DNA of 64,000 bases, taken from the NCBI RefSeq assembly GCF_009914755.1, contig NC_060936.1; one strand, written 5' to 3'. Every line of letters starts with the position of its first letter. Position 1 is the first letter of the stretch. Shown in pieces: positions 13,463 to 26,139 of the stretch. The notes beneath the pieces were generated by a model, which was not told the DNA's origin, ran no database searches, and worked only from the letters and a program-made list of their open reading frames with translations. A program made the translations under genes and the position numbers. This stretch comes from the human T2T-CHM13v2.0 reference genome, Homo sapiens.

Positions 13463-15046
13463 TGAGAGGTAACAGCATGCTGGCAGCCCTCGCAGCCCTC
13501 GCTCACTCTCGGCGCCTCCTCTGCCTGGGCTCCCACTTTGGTGGCACTTGAGGAGCCCTTCAGCCCACTGCTGCACTGTGGGAGCCCCTTTCTGGGCTGG
13601 CCAAGGTCGGAGCCGGCTCCCTCAGCTTGCAGGGTCGTGTGGAGGGAGAGGCGCGAGCGGGAACCGGGGCTGCGCGTGGTGTTTGCGGGCCAGCTGGAGT
13701 TCTGGGTGGGCATGGGCTTGGCGGGCCCTGCACTCGGAGCCGCTGGCCCTGCAGGCCCCAGGCAATGAGGGGCTTAGCACCTGGGCCAGCAGCTGCAGAG
13801 GGTGTGCTGGGTCCCCCAGCAGTGCCGGCCCACTGGCGCTGTGCTGGATTTCTCCCCCGGCCTTAGCTGCCTCCCTGCAGGGCAGGGCTCGGGACCTGCA
13901 GCCCGTGATGCCTGAGTCTCCCTGCCCACCGCCGTGGGCTCCTGCGTGTCCTGAGTCTCCCAGACAAGCCCTGCCCCCTGCTCCACACACCCAGTCCCAT
14001 CGACCGCCCAAGACTGAGGGGTGCCTGCGCACAGTGCAGGACTGGCAGGCAGCTCCACCTGCAGCCCTGGTGTGGGATCCACTGGGTGAAGCCAGCTGGG
14101 CTCCTGAGTCTGGTGGGGACATGGAGAACCTTTAGGTCTAGCTCAGGGTTTGTGAATACACGAATCAGCACTCTGTATGTAGCTCAAGGTTTGTAAACAC
14201 ACCAGTCAGCACCCTGTGTCTAGCTCAGGGTTTGTGAATGCACCAATTGACACTCTGTATCTAGCTACTCTGGTGGGGTCTTGGAGAACCTTTGTGTGGA
14301 CACTCTGTATCTAGCTAATCTAGTGGGGACGTGGAGAACCTTTATGTCTAGCTCAGGGATTGTAAATATGCCAATCGGAACTCTGTATCTAGCTCAAGGT
14401 TTGTGGACACACCAATCAGCACCCTGTGTCTAGCTCAGGGTTTGTGAATGCACCAATCACACTCTGTATCTAGCTACTCTGGTGGGGAGGTGGAGAACCT
14501 TTGTGTCTAGCTCAGGGATTGTAAACGCACCAATCAGCACCCTATCAAAACAGACCACTCAGCTCTACCAATCAGCAGGATGTGGGTGGGGCCAAATAAG
14601 AGAATAAAAGCAGACTGCCGGCGCCAGCAGTGGCAACCTGCGGTCCTCTTGCACACTGTGGAAGCTTTGTTCTTTCGCTCTTTGCAATCAATCTTGCTGC
14701 TGCTCACTCTTTGGGTCCACACTGCCTTTATGAGCTGTAACACTCACCGGGAAGGTCTGCAGCTTCACTCCTAAAGCCAGCGAGACCACGAACCCAGCAG
14801 GAGGAACGAACAACTCCAGATGCGCAGCCTTAAGAGCTGTAACACTCACCGCTAAGGTCTGCAGCTTCACTCCTGAGCCAGCGAGACCACGAACCCCACC
14901 AGAAGGAAGAAACTCCGAACACATTCGAACATCAGAAGGAACAAACTTTGGACACGCCACCTTTAAGAACTGCAACACTCACCGCGAGGGTCCGTGGCTT
15001 CATTCTTGAAGTCAGTGAGACCAAGAACCCACCAATTCCAGACACA
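13463..15046 (+). mobile_element. Solo LTR12C (ERV9/HERV9 LTR), full length
   Basis: TGAGAGGTAACAGCATGCTGGCAG start; GC/CpG-rich U3; tandem TCTAGCTCAGGG/CCAATC enhancer repeats; U5 repeats; ends CCAATTCCAGACACA; 4-bp TSD TTAG/TTAC. Confidence 0.96.
14120..14640 (+). promoter_or_regulatory. LTR12C U3 enhancer/promoter: six CCAAT boxes, GC/GT box, AATAAAA TATA-like element
   Basis: CCAAT at 14243, 14371, 14412, 14453, 14530 and 14568; GGGTGGGGC at about 14584; AATAAAA at 14603-14609. LTR12 elements are known NF-Y-driven promoters; activity of this copy is not shown. Confidence 0.65.
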
Positions 15047-16686
15047 TTACTCTCATGCATTTTTAAAAGTAAAAATATTAAACAATATCAAATTTAAAAT
15101 ACAAGATCTTAACATACAGCAACATTTTATAACATTAACCAATTCTTTTTAAGACATCATTTTCCAGTCTTTCTTTAAAATTTTACTTCTCAGTGCATCT
15201 CAATGGTGGTAAATTCTATTAAGCTAAATGTTTAAAAAGTCGAGAGAGAAGTATCTGATCTTACCTGTCAAGTATTGATTGTCTTGCATAAAATACTAAT
15301 AGAGAAATAGTATTAATTCTTGCCAAAGGATTTTCCATACAAATATTTATAAGTATCCTTTACTATTTATGTCAATTATAAAACCACCAAATCATTAATT
15401 TACTATAATTGTAGCTATTTGACGGGTATCTATATCTAATCCCTGACTGGTTTTATAAGTATGTGATTATGTTTTTTTGTTTTCTCCAAAATCACACAAT
15501 CATTGAAACCAGTATCTACGACTTCATACAATGTCTGCACAACCAGAAGAGACAGAAGTCTTTGTTCAGTTATATGCAGCCAGCCCTAAATCATCCATGA
15601 TGATTGAGGGACAATGGCATAGAAAAGTAAAATCTTTTCGCAGACAGAAAAACCCATTTTTACCTTCATTAATCCTGTTAGCCAAGATTCTAATAGGTAG
15701 CCAACACATTCCCTTGAATTTCATTTCCTTTATTACTTCATTTGCAGACACTCACTACTGAATAAATGGTAATGGTCAGAGAAGCAGCCAAAAGGCAGGA
15801 AGCAAAAGAAGAGAGAGAAGCAATGGGAGTGGAGAGCCCCCAAACTAGATAATCAGTTCCAGAATAATCATAAGTTGCAATGGTCTCATCGTTGTAAGAA
15901 TGTGAATGACTATTACATCCTCATACCAGAAAAAAATGGAGGTCTGTTTTTTTCAAATATGCAAATGTGCTGAGGAAATGTCCCATCCAATTATTTTGTT
16001 TCCATTTTTTGGGCTGTAATTGAGCACACATTCTGTTTCTAAATATTTTTATTTTTTTGCAAGACTTTATATTAATACATTCTCTTCTTTCTGGGCATTT
16101 TTCCCATTCTTTTCTTTTCTAAGTTGATTATGATGGGCACATCCAATTTGTTTCAGTCCTGCCAAACCTGTTTACTGCCCAGAAAAGGTGAACTATTTAA
16201 ATGTGCCTGCTCTGATTATTAAGCTTTGGGAAAGAAATGTCAACTAGAGCTTCTTTTTGTTCCCTAGCCAAATTTCCTGGTACAATGCAATGGTGTTTAT
16301 GTTGAAAGTCCTGCCAATCCTCCTTAGTGCCTACAATAAGATAACAATACATAATAATGGCCACCTACTAAATACAAATATAATTTTGTGATAGGAATAT
16401 AATGACCAAAATTTTGTTAATAACAAACTAATATCTAGCTAGCAAGATCAACTTTATTCTGCAAGATAGCTACTTATTGTGAAGTATTGAGAGATACTTG
16501 ATCTCAATGTCCTCTTTGTTGACCAGAAGTTTAATGGCAAGAAAAGACTACATTATACTTTGTAGTGAACATTGCCATACCCCAGTACATATACATCATA
16601 TACAAACTTGTCTCTCAAGTTTCATTCTAGTAAATAAGTATAATCGAGAGTCCAATCCCATTTTTTTGATGTTCGATTACTGATAG

Positions 16687-17031
16687 TGTGTAAGTTTCAT
16701 TCTATCCTCTTCCCGGGAAGCCCTACAGCTGGCAAAGCCCCCCAGCTTCCTCCTTTTGCGCGGGCAGGAAGTTCAAACTATGCATATGAACCCTCACCTC
16801 AATCCCACCCCCAGCTCATAAAAACCCGATGCCAGTCTCCTTTCCCTGTTTTCTCAAGACATTTTTGGACCAGCTTGGGAGGCATGCCCTGCTCTGCCCA
16901 GAAAGCCTTATTGTGTGACTAATAAATCTTTTCTTACCCTCATGGTATGAGTGTAGTATCATCAATTTTGATATCTGAACCAAATTTGGGGTTGGAGATC
17001 CATTCTGTTTCTTAGAGTGATCATAAAAACA
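16687..17031 (+). mobile_element. Solo LTR, probably ERVL class (family unresolved)
   Basis: TG...CA ends, TATA-like CATAAAAA at about 16817, AATAAA at 16921, higher GC than flanks. Confidence 0.55.
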
Positions 17032-17429
17032 AGAAAATAAATCCTGATGATCACAGATCCTTTATGCTTTCATCCATGATTCATGAATTAAATAATTTAC
17101 TTTGCAAATATTTAAGGTGACTAAACAAAACACTATTCCAGGAAATGAGGTATAAAGATAAAAAATATTTAGTTTCAGCAACTAGGAAACAACACATATA
17201 TGCAAATTGGACCTAAACCTGGGAATATTTGTTAACAATTGGATGTACGATAATATTCTGATCATCATGCCATTGCAGATCCCACATTTCAGTGTAGCTT
17301 AGCCTCCCTCATGGTTTACTACTTCTATTCAGTAGTAAACTGCACAATTGGGAAGGATATGGAAAAGTGAAAATATATTCAATTTTTTAACAGCCAGGAA
17401 ATAGAAGGTTAAAACAAAAAAGACAGCCC

Positions 17430-17936
17430 TGAGTATCACTCATCTTCATCTTTACTGCCGTCATCATTGCCAAACACTATCATCCAGCAGCTTCCTATCT
17501 GATTTTTCTCTTCCACTAATTTTTCCTCCTCTGCATCCCACATATAGTATAACTATCTTTTAAAATGTGAATCAGACGACTAGACTTCCCAGTTAAAGCA
17601 TTCCGTGGCTTTCTCATTGCTCTTTGAAACAGATAATAATCTGTTTCTGCCTACCCATTCAATCACATCCCCTTCCTTTATCTCCTCCCTTGAATATTCC
17701 TACTGTCCTGGCTGTTCTAACAATCTCTGAATTCTAGGGAATCTGGACCTTCAAATATGCTGTTTTACAATGCTTTCTTCTCAATTCTACCTGCCCAACT
17801 TCTTTTCATACCTCAGGTTAAAAGTCCCTTTCTCAGATAAGCCATTTCTAAGCTCCTTGAATCTAACTCATCCTTCTGCATTTCTGATAGCATACTGCTC
17901 TTTTTTCTTCTCAATTATTATCACAATTTATAATTA
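17430..17936 (+). mobile_element. L2 3' region relic
   Basis: TTTTAAAATGTGAATCAGA..CCGTGGCTTTCTCATTGCTC..CCCTTTCTCAGATAAGCC resembles the L2 3' consensus. Confidence 0.55.
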
Positions 17937-18278
17937 CAATTGTTCCTCAGTGTCTGTTGGGGATTTGTTCCAGGACTTCCTGTGGATATCAGAAATCAAT
18001 GGATGCTGAATTTCCTTTCAGAAAATGGCACAGTATTTGCATAAACCTATCAAATACTTTGTAGGTACGTCCTTTGTATATTTTTAATCATCTCAAGATT
18101 ACTTATAATACCTAATACAATGTAAAACCTATGTAAATAGTTGCTATACTGTACTGTTGGAATAATTACAAGGAAAAAAGTCTGCACATATACAGTGCAG
18201 ATGCAATTTTGTTTCAAAAATTTTCAATTTGCCGTTGGTTGAATCCATGGATGTAGAACTCATGGATATGAGGGCCTA
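17937..18278. mobile_element. MER2 (TcMar-Tigger) non-autonomous DNA transposon
   Basis: CAATTGTTCCTCAGTGTCTGTTGGGGATTTGTTCCAGGAC...GTTGAATCCATGGATGTAGAACTCATGGATATGAGGGC termini, about 340 bp. Confidence 0.85.
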
Positions 18279-18479
18279 TAATATTAACCTTGGCATTTGT
18301 TTACAAACCAAGACAAAAAAATGTCCATGAAGGCAGAGAACTGTATGAGTAGTCTTTTGCTATTATTGGGAAACAAGTGTCCATGAGTGTCTCAGGTATC
18401 TACACATGTTGATAGCAGAAACATCGACTGCCTTTTCTCCTATCTTTCAAGCATGTTTGCTAAGATATGTAACAACATA

Positions 18480-18845
18480 GTGTATCTCAAGCAGTCATTC
18501 TTGCTGTTTAGTGTAGTATACATAATGCAAAGGTCAGGCATGCTTACTGCACATTATAAAAGATTAGAATTTCCTAAACTCAGGGGTCCTTGCCTGTAAC
18601 ACATTCCACTATGTGTACATTTGCTACCTACCCAGCACTCTTTACAGCACCCAGGGAAAATCTAGGCCTGGAGAGCTGCTACAAATGCTTATAGCTCAGC
18701 TAATGTTATTATTGTGAATAATGAACTGGCCTTTGTTTCTGACCAAAGAGTTTCATGCATTATGCCAGTATTCATGCACCTGTGGCAGGCTAACTTGTAA
18801 GCTTGAAAGTAGAGTAGAATTTCAGACTCTTTGTACTTCTTAAAA
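18480..18845 (+). mobile_element. Old ERVL-type LTR fragment
   Basis: 3' end GGCAGGCTAACTTGTAAGCTTGAAAGTAGAGTAGAATTTCAGAC resembles old ERVL LTR U5 ends; family not resolved. Confidence 0.5.
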
Positions 18846-19063
18846 GTCACCACCATAAGCCTAGGACAAACACAGTTCACAGCCCACATTAGGTATGTAA
18901 TAAAAATGTGTCTTAGGCTTGGTTTCTCACCCTAAAGCAACTGCAGATATTTAAGTACACATATAATTTTCCCTGTATCAGAAGGATTACAAATGTTCTG
19001 GGACCCTTCCACAGGCAAATAGACCTCCATGGACTTTGAATGGTCTAGTTGACTTCTATTCTA

Positions 19064-19400
19064 ATATATATATATATTTATATATATGTATATATTTTTA
19101 TATATATTTATATATGTATATATTTATATATATTTATATACATATTTATATATATATTTATATATATTTATATATATATTTATATACATATTTATATATA
19201 TATTTATATATATTTTTATATATATTTATATATATATAAATATATACATACACATATATACATATATGTGTGTGTATATATAAATATATACACACACATA
19301 TATACATATGTGTGTGTATATATAAATATATACATATACATATATACATATGTGTGTGTATATATATACATATATATGTGTGTGTATATATATACACAAT
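19064..19400. repeat. Complex (TA)n/(TATT)/(CA-TG) low-complexity microsatellite
   Basis: Read directly; it is the source of the Y/I-rich spurious ORFs. Confidence 0.97.
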
Positions 19401-19453
19401 AGGTGTATATACAGTATATACCTAATGGAATGAAGACCTAGAGAAAATTCTTA

Positions 19454-19812
19454 TGTCCTAGACTGTTCCAGCTGCTAAAACAAAATACCTTAGACTGGGT
19501 AATTTATAAACAATAGAAATCTATTGTTTACAGTCCTGAAGGCTAGAAAGTCCAAGATCAAGGTGCCAGAAGATTCAGTATCTAGTGAGGGCTGCTGTCC
19601 TTCAAAGGTGGTACCTTTTTGTTGTGTCCTCACCCAGTGGAAGGAGCAAACAAACGCCCTCAAGCACTTTTATAAAGGCATTAATCTCATTCATAAAGGT
19701 AAAGCCTCATGATCTAATCACTTCTCAATGGTTCCACAACTTAAGACAATTATCTTGGAGGTTAGGTTTCATATATGAATTGTGAAGGGACATAAACATT
19801 CAGATCATAACA
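19454..19812 (-). mobile_element. MLT1A/MST-type MaLR solo LTR
   Basis: TGTCCTAG..AAAATACCTTAGACTGGGTAATTTATAAACAATAGAAAT..AAGTCCAAGATCAAGGTGCC..CATTCAGATCATAACA. Confidence 0.85.
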
Positions 19813-20214
19813 CCATATCTCATTAATTCCATTATTTTCTTCTTGTTCTAGTTGCCACCTCTACCTCTATATCAGCGCCTTGAAATAATTTTCAGAACCA
19901 AAGATAAAAGCACTTCCCACAGTGGCAGTAAAATTCTTAAATGTGCTACCATTCAGAATATATGTAAGTAAGTAAAGCTAAGTTCAAGAGTATTTAGATA
20001 AACCCATGGCCAGAACCACAGAGGTCATCAAAGTTGAGTTTTAAGTGCATTATTGAAAATTCTCTGACCTTGGGAAAGTTACCTTTTGAGTCTAGGTCTT
20101 ATAATCTAAAAAGTAGAATAAGTTTGTTTGGATCATAAGATTGTTTTGAAGATGAAATATGATTTTATGGAAACAGCCAAGATGGGGAAGGACCAAAGAC
20201 AATGATAATGCAAG

Positions 20215-20241
20215 TTTTTTTTTTTTTTTTTTTTTTTTTTT
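20215..20241. repeat. T27 homopolymer
   Basis: Read directly. Confidence 0.95.
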
Positions 20242-20828
20242 GGCAATTACTGCATCTGTCTGTGGTACCCCACTTAGTCTTTTCCTTTGTTTTTAAGTAC
20301 AATTTGCATAATTGACGTATCCTGACATAAGTAATTCTCACTCCCACATGTCTCCCTATATTGCTACAAAGTTTCATTTGGTGGAAATATAGTTCTCTTG
20401 CTTGGCTCCAAGGACTCTCAGCTTTGATATATTGTGGCCCTTGGAACTTAGATCCAATGGGCTCAATCTTTGTATGTACAGAAGTTGAAAGCAGAAGTCA
20501 TTTGAATTTCTTTGCCCTAGGAGTTACAAAGCCCAAATATGCACCATAAAATAGAAGAAAATTGTGAGGGCACTATAAATACACCCCAATATCAATAATT
20601 ATTTGCTCATTGATTTATGGCAAGTTCCTTATTGTCTCTGAACTTGGCTTCTTTCTTTGTAAAATAGGATACAACAATAGTAGTTACCTACAGGAGTGTC
20701 GTGAGTATTAAACAAGATTTTGTATGAAGTGCTCACAATTCTTGAAGCTGTTGCTATATCTACACACACATACAGACAGACATGAAAAGTACGTATTCTA
20801 TTAATTTTTTCAGAATGAGAAACTAACC

Positions 20829-20988
20829 CAGAGAGACCAAGCAGTTTCTGCAAGATAACAAAGCAAGAAGATGTGAAATTAAGCCAAAAACTTGAGTCTG
20901 TCCAGTTACAGAGAAACCAAGCAGTTTCTACAAGATAACAAAGCTAGTAAAATGTGGAATTAAGATAAAAATTAATTCTGTCCAGTTA
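20829..20988. repeat. 2 x 80-bp tandem duplication of a MIR core segment
   Basis: CAGAGA(G/A)ACCAAGCAGTTTCT(G/A)CAAGATAACAAAGC...TCTGTCCAGTTA repeated head to tail. Confidence 0.9.
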
Positions 20989-23499
20989 CAATATCTAGGC
21001 TGTCTAAATGCAGAATAACAAGTGACTGGGACCATTTTAGAGCTTTTCTATTTGTCCTGACTCTAAGAGTATTATTTTGGATCTGAGACTCTGTATACTT
21101 GTGAAACTTTCCCAAGTCTAAAATAAACAAACAAAAAACTCCTGGGGGAGCCAGTAATGCTTCTCTCTCAAGAAACTGGCATTAAAGCACTTATGAGCTG
21201 ACATAATATCTGCTCACTGAACTAAAAACTGGTTTAAAATCGAGAAGATGAACTACTTAGTAAACATCTCAGAATGAAAGGCAAAGTATTTGTCTTTCAT
21301 TACAGTCATAAACCTTTAACAGATCTTCATGAGAAAGGCTAAATAAGCAGTAACAGATACCATAAATACCACCATATAAGTCTTCAGTGTCAAATGCATT
21401 TTACTTTTTATCAAAATTTGTAAACATGCTGCAAAATCTCTAGGTCTAAATGCAGTTGGATGAGTAGTCATCATGATGTTATTAAATGACAAATTTTCTT
21501 TAAGGGTATAGATGGATGAATGAACTAGCCAGATAAGTACCAGTTTCAAATGGCAGATATAGCCATGCTTGATGGTAAAACTATTTTGGGCTTCAGTCTT
21601 CCTCTGTAAATTCTAGTCCTTGGATTGTGTGATGTGGTTGCCCCTTACCACACTATACAGAAATTCAAGATTACTTTCATACCCCAAATGATTTTATACT
21701 AATTTATGTTCCCCTAAAATTTGATGAGATATATTTCCCTTGATCCCCCATGGTGAATAATTTATGGTAAAGGACAAATGCTTGTTCCAACAAGAATATT
21801 CATAGATGGCTTCCCCAAGTAGGTTTAAGATCTTAATATAGCCCTAAAAGTGAAGAAATTTTTGTGATGCTTCACTGCACCCATGTGATGTCCAGCCAAA
21901 AAGGCAGTGCTACCCAGAGCCTGTGACCCGAAAGTACATAAAGCAAAGTAGGAAGAGTCTAATGAAAGTATATAAATTGCAGATAATTCTGCAAATCTCT
22001 TATGCAATTTCTTAAATGAGAATTAAATTTTTAATATTTTGGTAATTTGGTACTATGTAATTTTTACTAACATTTCTAGCAAAATGTGCTTATGTCCAGT
22101 TCTTTCAGATTGTTACCAAGTGAAAATATTGATAGGCTTATTATAAAGTTAATAAACCCAAGAAAATGTGTTGATGTTAAAAAGGATTGCTTTAGGGATA
22201 ATTAATTATAAATGGCTCATTTTTATATTGGCAACTCAATACATCAATTTGGTGGCTGTCTCAAGAATCTTGGCTAAATAATTAATGCAGTGCTGCTTGA
22301 TAATGAAAAATGTACAAGATTCCTTCACAAAACTCACTAAATTAGGTACAATATTTCTAGTCTTTTAAATAGTCTCTGTTTACAACTATCCCTGGTTGGT
22401 ATTCCATCTAATTATAAGAAGTTCCAATATTGTCTAACACACCATTTCCAACTATTCGATTCTAAAGAACAATGTTACTGGAGAGCCACTGAGTACACAA
22501 ACCTGTTAAATAACTGATTATTAGCAAGACATTATAACTGGCTTTTTAACACTACACACAACTGTCAACTCTGGGGAATGTAAAATTTTTTCTCTTGACC
22601 TCCATACCATCTGTACAAATTGCTCTGCTTTGTGCTTTTCACACCTGTTTTGTTTCAGAAGTTGATGTGCAGGCAAGGAAGATTTTTCATGAACAAAAAT
22701 ATTTTCCAGATTGCTTTGAGATGCTTGTCAAAACAGTACCAAAGCAAATCCAATTGCAGAAGAAATCCAACTGTGCTATTTTAACTTAGAGGTCATGTGG
22801 TAAAGTACAGTGTTTAAAAAAATTTCGATCTGAGGAGCTGACCTCAGGAATCTGAAGGTTATAAATGAGAATTTTTAAAATTTTATAGCAATCTGAAAAA
22901 ATATTTAGGATGGTAAAATAAGCACATGATGCAATTCTCCTTTCTACATAAAAGCTCATAGCTGTTCAAACACAAGGAGGAGAATTTGCTAGAACTTGAA
23001 CCTGCAAAATTCCTGAAATACTGAAAGCAGACATTATTAAAGAAAAAATGCCAGAAGTTGCAGAAAAAAAATATTGCCACAGAAGTTGTGGAAGAAAAGA
23101 GCAGGAGAAAACCTGGGGGATCTCACACGGAATTCATTTGTATTCTGCCACGGAAACGTGCAAGACTTTCAAATGCTATGGGTGTCTCCTGGACACATGT
23201 CTCACCCCCAACTCCAAGTGAACCAGGCAATAATGGGTTAACTGTCTACACACAGGAGTAATAAATGGTGGACCTGAGGATAAATGAGAGGACAGGGATC
23301 CAAATGGTTGATGATATCTGAAAAGAACAAAAAACATCAACAGTCAGAAGATAAGCCATGGAAGTGAACCACTAGTAGCATTTCATGGTGAGTATTCACC
23401 ATCCTGATATAGAGTACAAGCTGGGCAAGAGTTCCTGCCCTATTCAAGGCAAGTTCTGTAAACACAGAAGCAGACAGCCTACGGTTACAGCAACTAAAA

Positions 23500-24960
23500 T
23501 GATGAGCACATCACCAACTATGTGAGTAGCATTAACATATTGAATAAAAGAGATTTCAAACAAGAACATATACCTGAAGATGGAGAGTTAACTAAAAATA
23601 AGTACAGAAATTATAACCAGTAGAATTTTTCGAAGGAACAGGAGGAATATGCCATTCATGCCAAAAAGTTGTTACATATAAAAAGAATGAATTAGAGGTT
23701 GGGACTTAAATCTACACATATTTTTATGGTCAAATAGCAAAATTGACACAGCTGAATAGCAAATTATTGAGCTGAAATGAAAGGAATATATAAAAAATAT
23801 AAGATGCATGGAAGACATACACAGAAATTGTAGAATGTATCTTATAGATGTTGCAGATAGAGAAAATGGGGACAATAAAAGGAAATCATTACTTAAAGAA
23901 GATGGCAAATAATTTGCCTATGGTGAAGAAAGATTAAGTACTAAAGGGATAAATTAAAAAGCAAACAAAAACAAAACAACATATAAACAAATCTTGGTTC
24001 TCAGCAGATCATAGTAAAATTTTAAAATATCAATGATAAAGAAAATCTTTAAAGGTACCAAAGGGAGGGGGGATACTACCTGTAAAGGAACAAGAGTCAG
24101 ATTATTATCAGATACCTCAGCAGCCACATGGGAGGCAAAAATACCATGGAATAATATCTTCCATGGCTTAGAATCCAGAGTTCCATATTCAATTACACTA
24201 TCATTCAAATATGTGGTTACTTTATTCTAACAATTAGATTATTTCCATAATATAAAAAGTTATCTTTCAAGTCTAACCTAATTGCAGTAGCAAACTGGAT
24301 AAAGTCAATGCAAGAAATGTAGAGAAAAATCTCACTTATGCACATAGATAAAGCCAAAAAAAAAAGTAAAATTACCAAGTTTGCTTAATTCCAGTAATCC
24401 ATGAATCCTTCAATAGTGGAAATAAATCCACAATGTCATTTAATATATTTACAAATTAAAGGGAAAAATGTATGTTATAATCTAAATACAGAATCAAAAT
24501 AAACTGATAAAAGTCAATTTGTTATGTATTTGAAACTCCTAGAAAGCTAAGATAGAAGAGAACATTTTTATTTATTAAAGGTAAAAAAAATCTAGTGGGA
24601 AACTAAAAAAAGTATGGTGAAACATTAGACATATTGACAAAATCAGTAATAAAACACAAATATATGCTGTCATAGCTACATTCCAGATTATGTTGGAAGA
24701 TCAAAAATATGTTATCAGACAAGAAAATTAGCTAATGAAGAATATTAGAAAGACAGCAATAAGTGTTAATTGCAGATAACATAGCAATCCAAGGAAATCT
24801 ACTAGGAGTTTAATCAAGTTAAAAACAATGTTTAGAAAAATAACTAGATAGAAGATGAATACACAAAAAATCCTAGTTTTCCTAAATCCTGGCAATAATT
24901 GATTAGAAAATATTATGGAAAATACTTATTTATAGTGAAAGAAACTATTAAATAATCAGA
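23500..24960 (+). mobile_element. Ancient L1M (L1ME/HAL1-like) ORF1 and ORF2 remnants
   Basis: ORF 24033-24230 KGTRVRLLSDTSAATWEAKIPWNNIF resembles the L1 ORF1p C-terminal domain; A-rich ORF2-like sequence follows. Confidence 0.7.
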
Positions 24961-26139
24961 AACATTGAGTATGTTTTTGAGAGGCTTGCACTATCAAAAA
25001 TATCAACAGGCTGAATCGAAAGCATCTGTTACTGTCTTAAAATGGTGCTTAGAATGTCCATATAGGGAAGGAGCTGAGAATACTACTAATTTATGAAGGA
25101 GGATTTTTTTTTCTCTCATGCCCAATTCAGATATGACCAAGAAAAATGATGAAAAAGAAATTTCCTTAAAGGAGCTTTCAGAGGCCATGACAAACTATGG
25201 ATAAGGAGTTACTGTCAAGAAGCAGATTCACAGTCTAATTAAGGAACATTAACCACCCTCTGGGTAAGAGTCCTTATACCACCTGACCAGCAGGATTTCA
25301 GAATTACTAGGGATGTGTGACAGTTCTGTGTTCCTCATTCATCCCTTTTCCAAATGAGGTATTCTTCTGTCCCTATACCACTAGAATCTGATATAAATAG
25401 TACTGTGCATCATTCAGATATTTGGACATTCAGTTTGACTGTGAGAGTGGATGAGAGCTTAATGTGGTCTTTCTTTGGGGATGAATAAGTGCATTTTTTG
25501 CCTAGGGGAAGAAGGGTAGTAGTCTAGTATTTGGTGACCAGAAGGATAAACTTTGGTAGTCTTAGGGAATGCTGTCACCAGTTTTTCCAAATTTCTGCCT
25601 TAGAGGCAAAAAGATGATTGTGTTTCCTGGACCTCTTGTGGTTAAGAGGTGCCATATGACTTGTTCTGACCCAGAAAAAAGACAATTTTAAGAATACCTT
25701 AACCTAGGTTTCATTCGTAATTGGACTGATACATTAAATTGATGAGATCTGGCAGAATGTAAAATCAAATTGTGTCTTTAATTAAGTTGAATATTTATTA
25801 CTACTAAATATTAATAGGCAGTCTATGCAATAGAGTTAGTGATTGGCTGTTAGTGATTAGGAATCAGAGAAGAGGGTTATTGTATTTCCTTATCCCTCTA
25901 TTTCTCATTTATAAAATAGGAAAATGAACGTGATGATCTCATAGAGTTGTTTGTAAAAGTAAGAAAGATAATAAATGAAACATCTTTAGTATTGTACTGG
26001 TACAGAATGAATTAATGATCAACATTTTTTATTTAGTTATTAGTTTTGCCTCTCAGATTTTCAGATTAAAGTCAATCATTCATCCAGATTGCTTGAGTGT
26101 CTTCTTATTTGTTATGAATCATATGATTGAACATTAATT

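Noticed and set aside
14120-14560. CRISPR-like or novel repeat array
   Set aside because: These are the standard ERV9 LTR U3 tandem enhancer repeats; there are no unique spacers and the context is eukaryotic
13459-14978. Cluster of long overlapping ORFs (up to 195 aa) on both strands
   Set aside because: All lie inside the GC-rich LTR12C; few stop codons are expected from composition and there is no protein-family motif
19036-19402. Tyr/Ile-rich ORFs
   Set aside because: Translations of the TA microsatellite
20215-20400. Possible antisense processed pseudogene ending at the T27 run
   Set aside because: No poly(A) signal, TSD or recognisable ORF next to the run
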